DNA of 64,000 bases from assembly GCA_907165135.1 (NCBI GenBank), contig OU015566.1:744001-808000 (forward strand), read 5' to 3'. Position 1 is the first letter of the stretch. Every line of letters begins with the position of its first letter. A program made the translations under genes and the position numbers. This DNA comes from Oikopleura dioica. Taxonomy: Eukaryota > Animalia > Chordata. Below the pieces are notes generated by a model. That model worked only from the letters and a program-made list of their open reading frames with translations. It ran no database searches and was not told where the DNA came from. Below, piece by piece: positions 24,489 through 36,691 of this stretch.

Positions 24489-25032
24489 TTCGGCCCTCTC
24501 TTCTTCTTTGTAAAAAGTGTCAAACTCGAGCTACTCGACAAAGCATGAGTATTTTATCTTCTCTCACTTCCACGCGTCTTTGTGTCTTTTATCGTTTCGG
24601 TTTTACTCTAAGTGGCAAGCTCTAAATGTAAACAAACCATGGCAGAAGATGACAGACATGTTTGCCATGTTAACGCGCGAAATATGGGATCTTCAAGAGC
24701 ATCCAAGATCGCGGATCACAGAAATTTAATATCATTAAACAAATTATTTATCCTTCTCGTGTATTTAATTTTTTCAAATTACCCCCATCCTCCCCGAGTT
24801 AAGGTTTTCTTGCTTTTCGAACCAAAATTCGCTTTATCATCGATCATCCCTCATTCATGCCCTGGGGTATCTCGCTTCGCCCCAATGGCCAAGATCAAGT
24901 CATCTCTAAACTGGTGAGTCACTTAGGCGTCTCACTCGCTTTTGTTCAATTTTGCGAGTTTACCTAATCAATAAAAAATCGGCTGACTACTCATCCAGTT
25001 TTTAAAACCGTCTGAAAAGAGAAAGAGAAAAA

Positions 25033-25919
25033 ATGGGAAAAGATAAAAATCCCCAAAAAGAAAAAGCTTTTGTGCACAAAATCGATGACGCAGTGGAAAC
25101 GACTGGAAAGGCTGTTGGAGGCGTTGGAGGAGGTCTTACTGGGGCTGGGGCCGGTGCAATCATAGGTAGAGATATTTCGACTAAACAAGGGTTTTCATGA
25201 TTTTCTTAAAGGAACGGTCATTTGCCCCGGAATCGGAACAGCCATTGGAGCCGCTGCAGGAGCCGTCGGTGGCGGCGCTGGCGGAGCTGCTCTTGGAAAA
25301 TTGACTGGAAAAGTCGTCACGGGAGTGCGAAAAGTCGGAAGTGGAGCGCTTCGAGGAGTCACTGGACAGAAAAAGACAACCAAACAAGAGGTACGATTCA
25401 CAATAGTTTTTTATTCATTTGCTCGGTTGAGGCGAGAGAAAGCCAGTAAATCTGTTTTAAAATTTTGATTTCTGATTCGCGTTTTTCGAGATAATCATTG
25501 ATGAACTTCTCGTTCTTCAGTGCTATAAATTTGATTGGGGCAGCTTTTCGCCGTAAAAGCTCACTCCGCTCATTTTCGATCGTCTTTATTTCGGCAGTTT
25601 TATGATGAACATGATCATGAAATGCATTCTCTTTTCGGGTCATCGAGAAAAAAATGAATTTAACGTATTGTTAAAGCCCGGAGACCAGCGTCAACTCATC
25701 GAAGCTTCTGCCCCTGATCTTGAAGAACCACCATCTCGACCACCCCAACCAGCCGTTGTTTACCCCGCCCACGCTCAGCAACCACATCAATCGACTCCTT
25801 ACCCAACAGCTGCTGATCCAAATGCACCACCGCCATACGCTGTACATGACGATTTCTCCTCCCCTCCACCATATCCCGCCAACTCCGCAACATCTGGCCT
25901 TTACCCAAGCTTGCAATAA
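25033..25919 (+). CDS. Glycine-zipper-like (GxxxG-rich) protein with Pro/Tyr-rich C-terminus
   Basis: Exons 25033-25165, 25212-25390 and 25677-25919 join in frame over GT-AG introns of 46 and 286 bp; GAIIGTVICPGIGTAIGAAAGAVGGGAGGAALG. Confidence 0.75.
25398..25643 (-). CDS. 81-aa antisense ORF nested in intron 2 of the glycine-zipper gene
   Basis: ATG-initiated, charged helical composition, lies wholly within 25391-25676. Confidence 0.35.
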   Translation of the reverse strand: MTRKENAFHDHVHHKTAEIKTIENERSELLRRKAAPIKFIALKNEKFINDYLEKRESEIKILKQIYWLSLASTEQMNKKLL

Positions 25920-25968
25920 TCATAACATGTGATAAAATAAAGAAAGAATGAAGAATAAATATACGCGT

Positions 25969-28900
25969 TTATTTTGAAACATCTTTTTGGCTCTTGAAAG
26001 TATTTTGAACAAGTTCGAGAAAGACCTTTTCCGCGTCTTCTGCGCTTCTGATTCCAACCGTCTAAAAACTAGAAAAACAGAAAACAAAGCATAAGAAATA
26101 CCTTTTTAACAAAAACTTTTCCATCAGAATCGCCCAAAAATATCGAATCAGAATGAGGCGCAAAATTAATTGATTTCGATGGCGAATTTAAGGTCGTTGA
26201 AGAAATCGGGTCCAAAATCGACTTTGAATAGTCCCAAATTTCTAGCGTTCGATCATTTACCGACAATAGTTTCGTCTAAAAATAAGAAAAATTGAAATAG
26301 AAAAGGCATGAACCTGAGCATAAGGAGACCAGCAAATGTCAAAAACAGGTCTTTGCCCGGCGGTGAGGAGGATGGCAAGGGGGTTTTCGTGTTTTTGATC
26401 CCAAATTCGAATGCTCCAGTCTTCAGACGCACTTGCGAAGAGTCGATCTACAGTTGGATGCCACTCGATACTAAAATAGAAATAAAATATCTGGAGAAAA
26501 AGTTGAATCACCTGTAAATAGGCCCACCGTGACCCTTGTATGTATCCAATGTCTGTTCATTGTACGCGCAGCTGCATCGATGAATCAACCCTTCTTCCGT
26601 TCCAACAAGATAACTTTAATGAATGAAGATAAATATTTCAAAACTCTTCTTACGTTTGGTCGTTTTTTGGCGAAAACGCAAGCGCCGTGTTTGGAGAAAA
26701 GTGCGATATCTTCGTATTCGAGCTTTTTTTCTCCCTCGTTTTTCGCGTTTTTGGCTGAGAGCGCTTGACCTTCATCAAATCGAGGAATTCAAGACCTTTT
26801 CTGATGGTCCATTGGACGACTCTGCCGTCTCCAGCGGCTGAGACAAGGACTTCTTGCTTTTCGTCTCCGCCTCTCTCTCTCTACAATGAAGAGATTGAGG
26901 GAGAGATCCTTAATAAACCATACCTTGATCCATTGAAGCCCCCAAACAGGGCCCATATGTTTTCCCTGAGAATCAACTGTGTTCAACATCGAATCCTTTG
27001 CTTTGATATTTATCACTAGAAACACATTTTTTTCTGCTTGAAAGAGAAGATTCTTGACCTGAGATTTCTCCACTGTACAGTCCAACAGCGAGATAATTCT
27101 GCAATTCAGCAAATGAAACTTTGCAAACTGGCGAGTTGAAGGAAAATAATCGGGTTGGATGCTCGAGATTGGCGATCGTCCAGCAGGCGACGAGACCACG
27201 TGATCGAGATTGATCTTCTTCATCGAGAAAACCGTACGCGACTGCGATCAGATCCGGGTCTGTTGGATGCCAGGTCACGTGGTTGACGACCAACCCGCTT
27301 GTTTCCGCACAACTAAGGGATGATAATGGTTCGATAAGACGATAACCCACCTGTATTCCCAGAGAGTATGAAATCCAACTTCATTCGGCAAGCTCCAGTT
27401 TTCTCCCATGATATCCAAAGCGCTTGAATTTCTGAAAGTTCCGACTTGCGCGTTGTGAATATTTTGCGAAAGGACTCTTTCCACCAACTTCAGTGAATTC
27501 GAAAATTGAGAGGACGAGAGAATATTTTTGAAGTTTTTCTCTTGCTCGATCTTCGCCGCTTTGTTTCTGGTACTGATGACCGCTGATTTTGAACTGGCCA
27601 TGGAAGCGGAAGCGGTCGACATCATCATTGATCCGACTTTGCCGCTTGATTTTGTCAGGTCTTCCTCGTTGATTCGATCAGGCGAGGAGAGTAGCGGCGT
27701 TGGGTTTTCTGAGGATGACTCGTTGATGTTTTCAAGGAGATAGTCGGACACTTGGGAGCCGGCCTCGGCGAAGGTGATTTTGTCGGTTTGGATTTTTTGT
27801 TTGATTTCCGTCGATGCCCTTAAATTGACGGTTTTCTAATTTATTCAGCGAGCAGGATTTTTACCTGACTCCAGGAAGCGGCTTCATCATCGGATTAAAA
27901 GTCTGCATCCCTCTCTCCATAAATTTATCCTCATTTCCTTCTTTGCTCTTCAATAATTTTTCATACGCATGATTGACTTCTCCAATCAGCTCAATATTTT
28001 CAACCTCATCATTTGCGACATCTCCTTCATGGCGGAAATAGAAGATAGTTTCGGTTTCCACGAGCTTTACGGAAGTCATTATTTCTAGCTCGGAAGGAGT
28101 AAGTTCGATGGGTTTTGGGGGAGATTTTGGTCGCCAAACTTCATCAAATGCGTAGGCTTACCGGACTAAATTTCGGCACATTTTTCTGGCTTAATTTGGG
28201 GGTCATATCACATATATTTAGAAAGCCCATGTCCTGAGCTTTCATTTGGGCACAGAATCAAGGGGTCTGAGTCATGCCCCCAAGGCAATCTATGGGACCG
28301 GAAGTCCCAATATAGGCACTAGAAGTCTTCAATCAATTTTTTCGGTCCGTTTAGGAGCTCCTGAGCCTTTAAGAACGGCTGGAATAGGAAGCTCAGACTC
28401 TGAGCTTTCTGTAGAGCCCATAAAATCTAGCTGCCCTTTGGTCTAGCGGCCTCTAGTGGTCAAAGAAGGTGAGAATATGGGTATTTTTCGACAGGAACCC
28501 GAAAGGAAATTGAAAAAAAACCTTCCGGTTCTACCGCGGTTCAATTACTAAAGACTGATATATTGTCTATAATTGTTTTATAAATATAACAAGAAAGTTA
28601 AGAAGTCGGAAATTCGACTCGAAACTTGAAGATTCTCGACTTAAGCAATCATGAAGTCAACTTCTAGGGCCACAAGAGGGCGCTAGACCCGATGGCAGCT
28701 AGATTTTATGGGCTTTACAGAAAGCTTAGAGTCTGAGCTTTCTATCCGAACCGCTCCTCAAGGCTCTTGAGCTCCTAAATACATCGATAAATCGATTGAA
28801 GAGTTCAAGTGCCTATTTTGGAACTTCCGGTCACATAATTTGCCTTGGGGGCATGACCTAGACCTCTTGATATTGTGCCCAAATGAAAGCTCAGCTTCTG

Positions 28901-29563
28901 GGCTTTCTAAAACTGTATCATAAGACCCCCCAACTAAGCTAGAAAAATCGGCTAAAAATCAGTCCGGTAAGCCTACAAATGCGACGGATCGGGACTGAAA
29001 AATAGGTTCAACAGGGAAAAGAATGAGTCATCAACCTGATTTTGCTGAAAGGGAGAAGCAACATCCTCGTCCTCGGGCGCTTCCGACCTGAGCAAATCCG
29101 TATCAATTCCTGATTTAGTCGATCTCTCCAAAAACGACCGCCCAAGCGTCACAGATGTTCCTCTTGTTGTTGCCCCCAAATTTCCGCCAAAAGTGCCAGT
29201 CATCGAAGTCATCATCGACTGAAAGTTCGGGACAGTTTTTCCATCCTCCAATCGCAGCCGAGGATGTGTGCTGGAAGCGTCGATGAGAAAGAGGGGCTTT
29301 GGGGTAATTTCTTTTCCATTTTCGTAAATTGGTTTGATGCGAGGGTTGATTTTCTGCTCAGTCGGGGGTTTCGGCACTCGAGAGCCTTGAGCTGATCCGA
29401 GAAGGGTGCTCCGAGACTGGCTGCGGGTTAGGCTCTGGGATGATTTGTCGATTGGAGCTTGAAAATTTAGATGTAAAAATAGAAAATTGCAAGAAATGAA
29501 ATCCTTAAAACAAAACTTACACAAAAATTTTGAGTTTCTCCGACTCTTCTTAACTTCCACCAT
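25969..29563 (-). CDS. DNAI4: Dynein axonemal intermediate chain 4 (WDR78), WD40 protein
   Basis: Family-typical segments NGKEITPKPL, ETET, ERGMQTFN, PDLIAVAYG..GLVACWTI..HPTR, KHMGPVWGLQWI, ASASEDWSIRIW; many short introns. Confidence 0.88.
28153..28975. mobile_element. hAT-like MITE (823 bp) inserted in a DNAI4 exon
   Basis: TIR starting TAGGCTTACCGGACT with ~300-bp inverted arms; 8-bp TSD CAAATGCG at 28145-28152 and 28976-28983. Confidence 0.9.
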
Positions 29564-29879
29564 TTTCACCAAAGTTCGTTACAGTTCTCTTTTCATCCTT
29601 CAGCTTTTAGAATTGAGCGATCAGTAAATGATAGTTCCTTTTTTTTGTTGAATTGCTCGATTCGTCACCTTCGTGTTTCCATAGATACGCGCTCTCGCTG
29701 ACCGAGGTAAAATAATCGCTTGCCATGATAATGGGTAAACGGGAGATTTTGTCCATGTCAAAATCATTTTGGTAAATTATTTTACAACAATATTGTCAAA
29801 AATTTGAGCTTTTTCAAACTTTTTCTAGAAAGAAACTATATTTTTGTTTGAATTTCGGAAGTCAAATTAGTTTTGAAAA

Positions 29880-31275
29880 ATGTCTTATCCCGGAAATGAG
29901 GGATCTCAAGATCCTTGGGGGGCATCTGCCGCATCTCCATTTGGAAGTGCTCCTTCATATTCCTTCGGAGAACAATCTATTTATCCTGCTGAAGATCCGG
30001 TAGCAGGGTCTCCTTCATGGCAAGCTCCGTTGACTCCATCGTATGCGGAGCCTGCACCAGCTTACGCTCTTCCACCTGTTGCGCCGCAAGCTACTTCTCT
30101 TCGGGATCCAAAACCAATTAAGCCTGTCCTTAAGCGTAAGTCAGTGATCAAAAAGACAATTTAATTCTTTAATCATGATTCATTGCTTTAAATTTGAATT
30201 TGGATTTTTTGATATTTCGTTTTAGCGAAAAAAAGAAGACGGGAAAGGGAACATAGGTCCAATGATCACGATGATGACGACGAGTGGTGCTGTCATCCTT
30301 TTCTTATTGTTATGTGCATGGGCTTCACTTTCCTTGGCAGCACGATTATCTACGGAGTAACAACTGCTAATGACTATGTCCCACCTCAACTTGGCGATTG
30401 CGTTCCTGCATATGATGGATATGATTACGACTACGGGGGACCCCCTAATTACTATGGAGGCTACGGTGGATCACCCTCTTATTATGACTCTGGGTAAGGG
30501 TTCGAATTCTCTCTCATTCTATAAAACTATCAAGTCACCCTACAAGGGGGTCTTTCAACAACGACCGGGCTGATTTCCATGATTGACCAATCAGAGCACC
30601 GAAAAATGCTTCATGATGGGAATCGCCCCGGCCGTTGTTGAATGACCCCCTTGTAGATAAGTGAGTGTTTCAAACCCTTTTGTTAGCTATACTAGCTACT
30701 ACCTAAACAATGTTCCTTTTGACTTTGCTACAAGTCTAACTAACCAGAGCTCATTGGATTCCCAGACTGTTGGACTTTGCGATGGAGATTACGAATACTC
30801 TGTGTCAACAAGTGGAACCTTTCAGTGAGTGAATTTTTTCGGCAGAATTCGCAATAAAGAAAATTAAGGTCTCCAAATTATCCAAACAACTACGGCCCAT
30901 GTTCTCGATGCACAAATAGATTTGCTTCTTCTTCTGATGGTATAACTTTTGACTTGATTGCTTTTCAACTGGAAGCGTGTTGCGACGCCCTCGTGTTTCG
31001 AAATGAGTATGGAGCAGAATTTATGTTGACAGGACACAAACAGACGGTATGACTTTCATCTCATCTACTTCTTACCAATGAATTTCAAGCAAACTCGATT
31101 TTCGTTCGAAAGCGCATTCGTTGATGTTTATTTTCATTCCGATTCGAGCCGGTCGAGAAGTGGCTTTTCCATCGACGTTTTTGATGGATACGAATCAAAC
31201 AACGATATCAACAGCGTTTATCCAAGCCTCAAGTTTACCGGAGAAATTCCGAAGAAAAAAATTCACCGAAATTAA
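29880..31275 (+). CDS. Single-pass membrane protein with Pro/Ser/Tyr-rich N-terminus and C-terminal CUB domain
   Basis: TM segment PFLIVMCMGFTFLGSTIIYGV; CUB motifs SGTF..SPNYPNNY..C..F..FQLEACCD..VYFHSDSS..SGF. Confidence 0.8.
30543..30653. mobile_element. 111-bp TA-flanked MITE in a CUB-gene intron
   Basis: TA|caagggggtc ... gacccccttg|TA; related sequence at ~62960-63165. Confidence 0.75.
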
Positions 31276-31324
31276 TAATTAAATAAACAAGAATAAATTT
31301 CTGCGAAAAAAGGCATCTTTTTAA

Positions 31325-31656
31325 GGACCCCCGTCAGCTTTTTCCTTCAAAAAATGGAAATTTTTAAAAATACCACATTTTTGGTTTTGCGTCCTGAGGT
31401 TCAACTTCCTTCAAAAACTTGATAGGAGGAATTTTTGACCAAGAAAAATCAATATTTATGCCAAAATTAGAGCAAATTCGTCATTTTTCGTGAAAAAGTC
31501 CAATTTTCAAATGCGATTTTGAGGGTGTTAGAGTCGAGATAGACCCCCAAAAAATGAAACCTCAAAATCGTTTTTTGACCCGTAGAATCCATTTCCGGGG
31601 TCAAAATTTTAAAATTCCGAAATTTGATTTTTCGAAAAAAGCTGACGGGGGGGTCC
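31325..31656. mobile_element. Kolobok-like MITE, copy 1
   Basis: TTAA|GGACCCCCGTCAGC ... GCTGACGGGGGGGTCC|TTAA. Confidence 0.85.
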
Positions 31657-31724
31657 TTAATTCTTGATTTCTAGAACAAAGGAGATTAGGGGTATTTATC
31701 CACGTACCCACTTTAGTTAATTAA

Positions 31725-32164
31725 ATGTCTTATTGGGGAAACGAAGAACAAGACGATCCGTGGAAGTCCTACGGTAATAACCCTTCATATTCTTTCGGAG
31801 ATCCGCACGCACAAACGGCTTCTTCATTGAATCCTTGTCAAACTCCGGTATCACAGAGTCCTTCATGGAACGCTCCCACAACACCAGCGCCACCACTTAC
31901 ACCAACAACACAAGCTTTTCCGGCTGCTACTTTGGGAGCACCTACGGCCATTCAACCCTCTCTCTCTCAACAAGGATTTTGTAAGTTCTTTCAATTTTTA
32001 GTCGTCAATCGAAGAATTTTTTAGCAGCACCATCACCACACGTGCCGTATCAAGCAGCAGATAGAAGCGGTGAGCAGCTGAAAGGAATAGCTGTCCTCAT
32101 AATCATCATCGTGGTTATATTGGTGAATGTTATCCGAGCAATAACTACAGTTCAGCAGCAGTGA
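31725..32164 (+). CDS. Small Pro-rich protein with C-terminal TM; N-terminus paralogous to the CUB gene
   Basis: MSYWGNEEQDDPW..PSYSFG versus MSYPGNEGSQDPW..PSYSFG; last exon encodes GIAVLIIIIVVILVNVI. Confidence 0.65.
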
Positions 32165-32311
32165 GAACATGGGACAAATTATGTTTCAAAAAATATTCAA
32201 ATAAATTCAAGAATCATCAAATAATATTCTGTCTTTTATTGTAAGTCGAGGCAAAAATGGATGAGCACATGTTTGCAATTTCAAATTTCAAAATTTCTAT
32301 AATTTATAAGT

Positions 32312-34319
32312 CTAGAGATCTTCTTTGAGCCCGCATTATCGGAAGCAACAGCAGCGCTAGAAATTTCAACTCAAGATCATCCTTCTTTCACTCATTCTTA
32401 CCAGAGAGGACCAAAACAGCGCCAGAAAGATAGAACGCCAAATTGTAGCTTCCAAAAGCATCATTTGCTTTTCCAGCTAGAGGCGATCCTGCAATCACGC
32501 CGACGGCTTCAATAAAGAGGAGCATTCCGTAAGCAGCGTGGAACTTTTCCTCGCCAAGGGCATCTTGAGTGATCACCATCATCAGCGCATAGCAGCCAGA
32601 AAGAAAGCTGAAATTTCAAAGTTTATTCAAAGAAAATAAAAGAAATTGAAGGTGTTGGATATGTCACGAATATCACGAAATGTCACGAAATGTCACGAAT
32701 GTCACGAAATGTCATGAATGTCACGAAATAACGAAATGTCACGAAATGTCTCGAAATGTCGCGAAATGTCTCGAAATGTCGCGAAATCTCATGAAATGTC
32801 ACGAATTTCTCTGTTTTCGTGACATTTTTAGCAAAACGGTGACATTTGTGATATTCGTGACATTTTCAGTACTGACCGAAAAAATTTCATTACCCGAAAG
32901 AAATGGCAAACAGAATCAACGATCCATACGTCGCGCAAAAGGGCGCAAGCAAAATACTGACGCCAAAGAGAATCTGAGCGATGATAAACACATTTGTTGA
33001 TGACAATTTGGTTCGCGTGACGATCATGCCGAAAAATATTTTTCCCGCCGCGGCGAACAAACCTAAATGGGTTGTGGTTAGGTTTTCAGACGACGCTTTT
33101 ATGTGGGGGTGTTACCGAGACTGGAGACTAAATTTGCGCCTTGTCCGTCTGCGAAATCGAGCTGAGAGGCCATTGTTGGCAGGTGGTGGTAGGGAGTGAG
33201 TTGGACAAGCCAGGAGAGAAAATCGCTGAAGACGAAAGGTTAGGAAGGAAAGTCTGTTTCGTACGAACCTGAGGACGAGGAGCAAAAATCGCCAGTCGCA
33301 CCAAAGACTTCCATAGAGTCTCATATTTTCCGCGAAGCTCATTTTCTCACTTTCTGAAATTTCTGAATCCGGTGTTTTCAGCGGAGCCCTGCTTGAATCT
33401 CGCGAAATTGCTAAAAAATAAAAGAATGATCGCCTCCGATTTTCCCATACTTGAAGAATCGCCGCTAGAATAACTGACATCATGATCCGGTTTTTTCTTC
33501 AGCCCTTGCTGCAAGAAAATTCCCAATTTCAGCGGCTCGACAAAGAGGACACCGCAAATGCAGAGGTTTGCGCTGATTCCGCCCATCACCAGCATCGCGC
33601 CCCGCCAACTCAGCTCGTCGAGAAGGTATCGCTCGACCTTGGCCATGATGAAACCGCCGAATCCGCAGCCCGCAGAGCCGATTCCTTGCGCCAGAGCAAG
33701 TTGCGCATCGAAATACTGAAAGTCAAAAATATGCAAACTTGTAAATTTGCTTTTTCAAAAACGTACCTTTGGGATGATAACGACACCGGCTAAATTTACG
33801 ATTCCACTGCCAGCACCAGCCATAACCAGGGCCGCTCCAAGCTGCAAAATTGAAACGGCAAATCTTGCCGCAACAAATCCGGCTACTGAAATTATCGAAC
33901 CAATCACCACGGACCATCGGCATCCTAAAATTTTCCACATTTCCACGAACAACTCCATCCTTATGGCATACCTAGTCGTTCAATGACAACACTAGCGACC
34001 GGACCAACAAGGAGAATGACACCAGTGGCGCTAGAGAGCACCATCGAAGCGGTAAAGTCGTCTACTCCGAAGTCGGACATCCATGTCGTTTTAAAAATAC
34101 CCAGCGATCAGGAAAAGCTTTATATTTTTCATTTCAAACGATTCTATTGTTTGGCCGGCTTTTTTAACCTTGACCGCTGCTTCTACTTCCTAGTGCTATC
34201 AAAACAAGAATATAAAGCCGTGCCGAAAAGACGGTTCCAAAAGTCACGACTCTGCAAATGAACGAAGCGAAAAGGATCACCCATCTGTACCAATGTCGAT
34301 CGCGCACTTCTTCGGCCAT
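32312..34319 (-). CDS. SLC16 (monocarboxylate transporter-like) MFS transporter
   Basis: WYRWVILFASF; LGCRWSVVIGSIIS; YFDAQLALAQGIGSAGCGFG; LSWRGAMLVMGGISANLCICGVL; GSPLAG..FGSYNLAFYLSG. Confidence 0.88.
32661..32863. mobile_element. Intronic MITE made of 9-10-bp AATGTCACG repeats
   Basis: atgtcacgaatatcacgaaatgtcac recurs inverted at 32839-32863; inside intron 32608-32893. Confidence 0.7.
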
Positions 34320-35825
34320 GATTTTTTTTCTCTTGAAGTTCTCGTTCTTGAGTTCGTGGGTGAAACTCGCTGACTGGCCAAATATTTGAACTTGTTGAAT
34401 TGCCCTTTTCTTCGTTTTTCTTGATATTTCTCGGATTTTAGTTCTGGTGTAGTAAAATTCGTCAGAGCACTATTTTTGTATGTTTGGCCCTAGGCTAAAC
34501 GTAACATTCTCAGACCGGAAATATTTGAGCAACTTAGAATATCGTAAAATGGCGCAGAAATAAGGGTGTCATTCTGTTAACTGCTCAAAAACTCTTGAGA
34601 TGTTGAACTTTAGTTTTCTTAAGCAATTTTTAGGAGTTAACGGAATGACGCCCTTATTTCTGCGGCATTTAACGATATTCTTTCTTGAAGAATTAAGGGT
34701 ATCACTCCGTTATTTCCGAGAAAATCGCAAAGTTCAATCTCTAAACAATATTTTGGAGTTAACGGAATGACACCCTTATTTTTTTAACTCATAGAATTAA
34801 TTATTTTTTTTACCTTTTGTTCTTTTTACAAATTTTAATCTAGGTCAGATTTGAACTACTCTTTTTCTTAAAAAGCAAATATAATTTTTCTCTTTGAAAA
34901 CAATTGTCAATTCAGAAGTCAAGTTTTTTCGTTTGGCGGAAAATTCACAGACACATCAGCATTGAGACATAGGTCTCAAAGTAAAAAATGCGGAAATTGA
35001 TTGATTTTTACAACCTGGGTGGATGAAAAGGAAGATTATATATTTTGTAATATCAAAATTGGGCAGGATTTAAAATAAAGCTTACGTAATAAAATTGATT
35101 GTGGGAGGATTAGCCGGTGGAATTTTATCGACGGCGAAAAATTAATATTAGGCCGGTTTTGAGAAATAATTAGTTTTAAAGATTTTTTAAAAGAAAAAGA
35201 AAAAAAATATTTAAATTAAAATTTATTAAAAGCCTTTTATTATTTTTTCACGAAAATATTTCATCAAAAAACATTTCAAAATGAAGAGAAAAAGCCCCAA
35301 AAAGTCAGACAACCAAAAATAACTCGAGATCTCAAGACTCAATTCTTACCTTTTTCCCAGACTTTGCGACAAAGTAAAAAGCGACAGTTTAAAATCTTTT
35401 CTCAATAAAGCGATCAGAAAACGTAAATGAAAAATGTCTCAATGTATAAAACTTTGCCACCCCCATTTCATAATCGCGCGGCGAAATCGTAAATCCAATG
35501 AATTAATAATCGACCCATTTTCATTATTTCAATACCTGGCGGTTTTGGCTTGTCTCCGAAAAGTCGACCAGCTCATCACTTTCTTTCCTCGATGTTTTTA
35601 GAGGCCCCCAACCGGCGCTCGTCCCTCATTATTAACCTTCGACAAGCAAATATTCACACACTTCCAGGCTTTTTCGACAAGAGATGCGGCGGCTTTTTCT
35701 TCTGTTTTTCGTGTTTTCTAGAGCTGGTACGATCGTTTTCAAGTAGAATTTTTTTTTTCTCATTTTTTTTAGAAATTTGCGAGAATTATGACTCGTACAA
35801 AGGAAGAACCCAGCTGACAAAGATC

Positions 35826-36590
35826 ATGAGCGAAGTTTCTCGGACCAAGGCGTACCAAGGTCTTATTAACGAAAAGAAAAAAAAATGAAAATTTTTAAGG
35901 TTCACGTTGCTGGCCTCGTTTTTCGAATTTTGTCTGCGAGACCCCTTCTTCGCAATTCAACTCGGCGGGGGACGAGGTATGAGCTTTATAAAGACATGCG
36001 AAAAATGATTTTAAAGTTGTCGCGAAAAAATTGCAGAATGACGATTTCGAGCCATCAAAACTACCTTGGAGAATATCTCGAGACGAGTGGCCCGCTCAAG
36101 GAGTGTTTTCTCGAGGCATCCATAAGGACTTATGTTCCAGCTGATAAGAAGTTAGCGATAAGAAGAGCAACATCCTCATAACTTGATTTTAGGAAGAAGA
36201 AGAGAAAGATCATCGAAGAATTCAACCACTTTTGCGAAATCATCGTCAACGCCCCTGGCAGCATCTTTTCAGGCTTTTTAATTCTTCAAATTTTAGCGCA
36301 TAACTCAATTTACAGATTGCGATGATATTTCAACCCAACAAAGTGAAAAACGATCAAGTTGCTTCAGGAAAAAAATCGAGAACCTCTCGACTTCCAGCGA
36401 ATCGCAAAATGAAATCATAGAAGACCTACTCGACCGCCTCGATTTACTCGGTAAAATTATTAAAATTTTTTTCTCTTCAAAATGAAAAAAATATTTTCAG
36501 GGTCTGAATTTGAATCCCTCCATGAAAGCTTCTACACCCGCCTTGAAAAACTAGAAACAGAAAAGAAAAATCTTTTGATTTCCTGTCAAT
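35826..36590 (+). CDS. Uncharacterised multi-exon gene
   Basis: Short protein-like ORFs separated by AT-rich ~40-50-bp gaps with splice signals. Confidence 0.35.
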
Positions 36591-36691
36591 AAAGCCCCTA
36601 AAAACTGGCAAACTAAAAATTTTCTCTAGAAACTCTTTTTTGTTTTTCAAATTTTGAAGGCCAAAGCGTCATTTAAAAAAAAGACTTCAAA

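Noticed and set aside
32680-33000. ORFs in the 9-10-bp repeats (also 52496-52828, 14164-14367, 3349-3600)
   Set aside because: They arise from tandem-repeat or MITE sequence and have no protein-like features.
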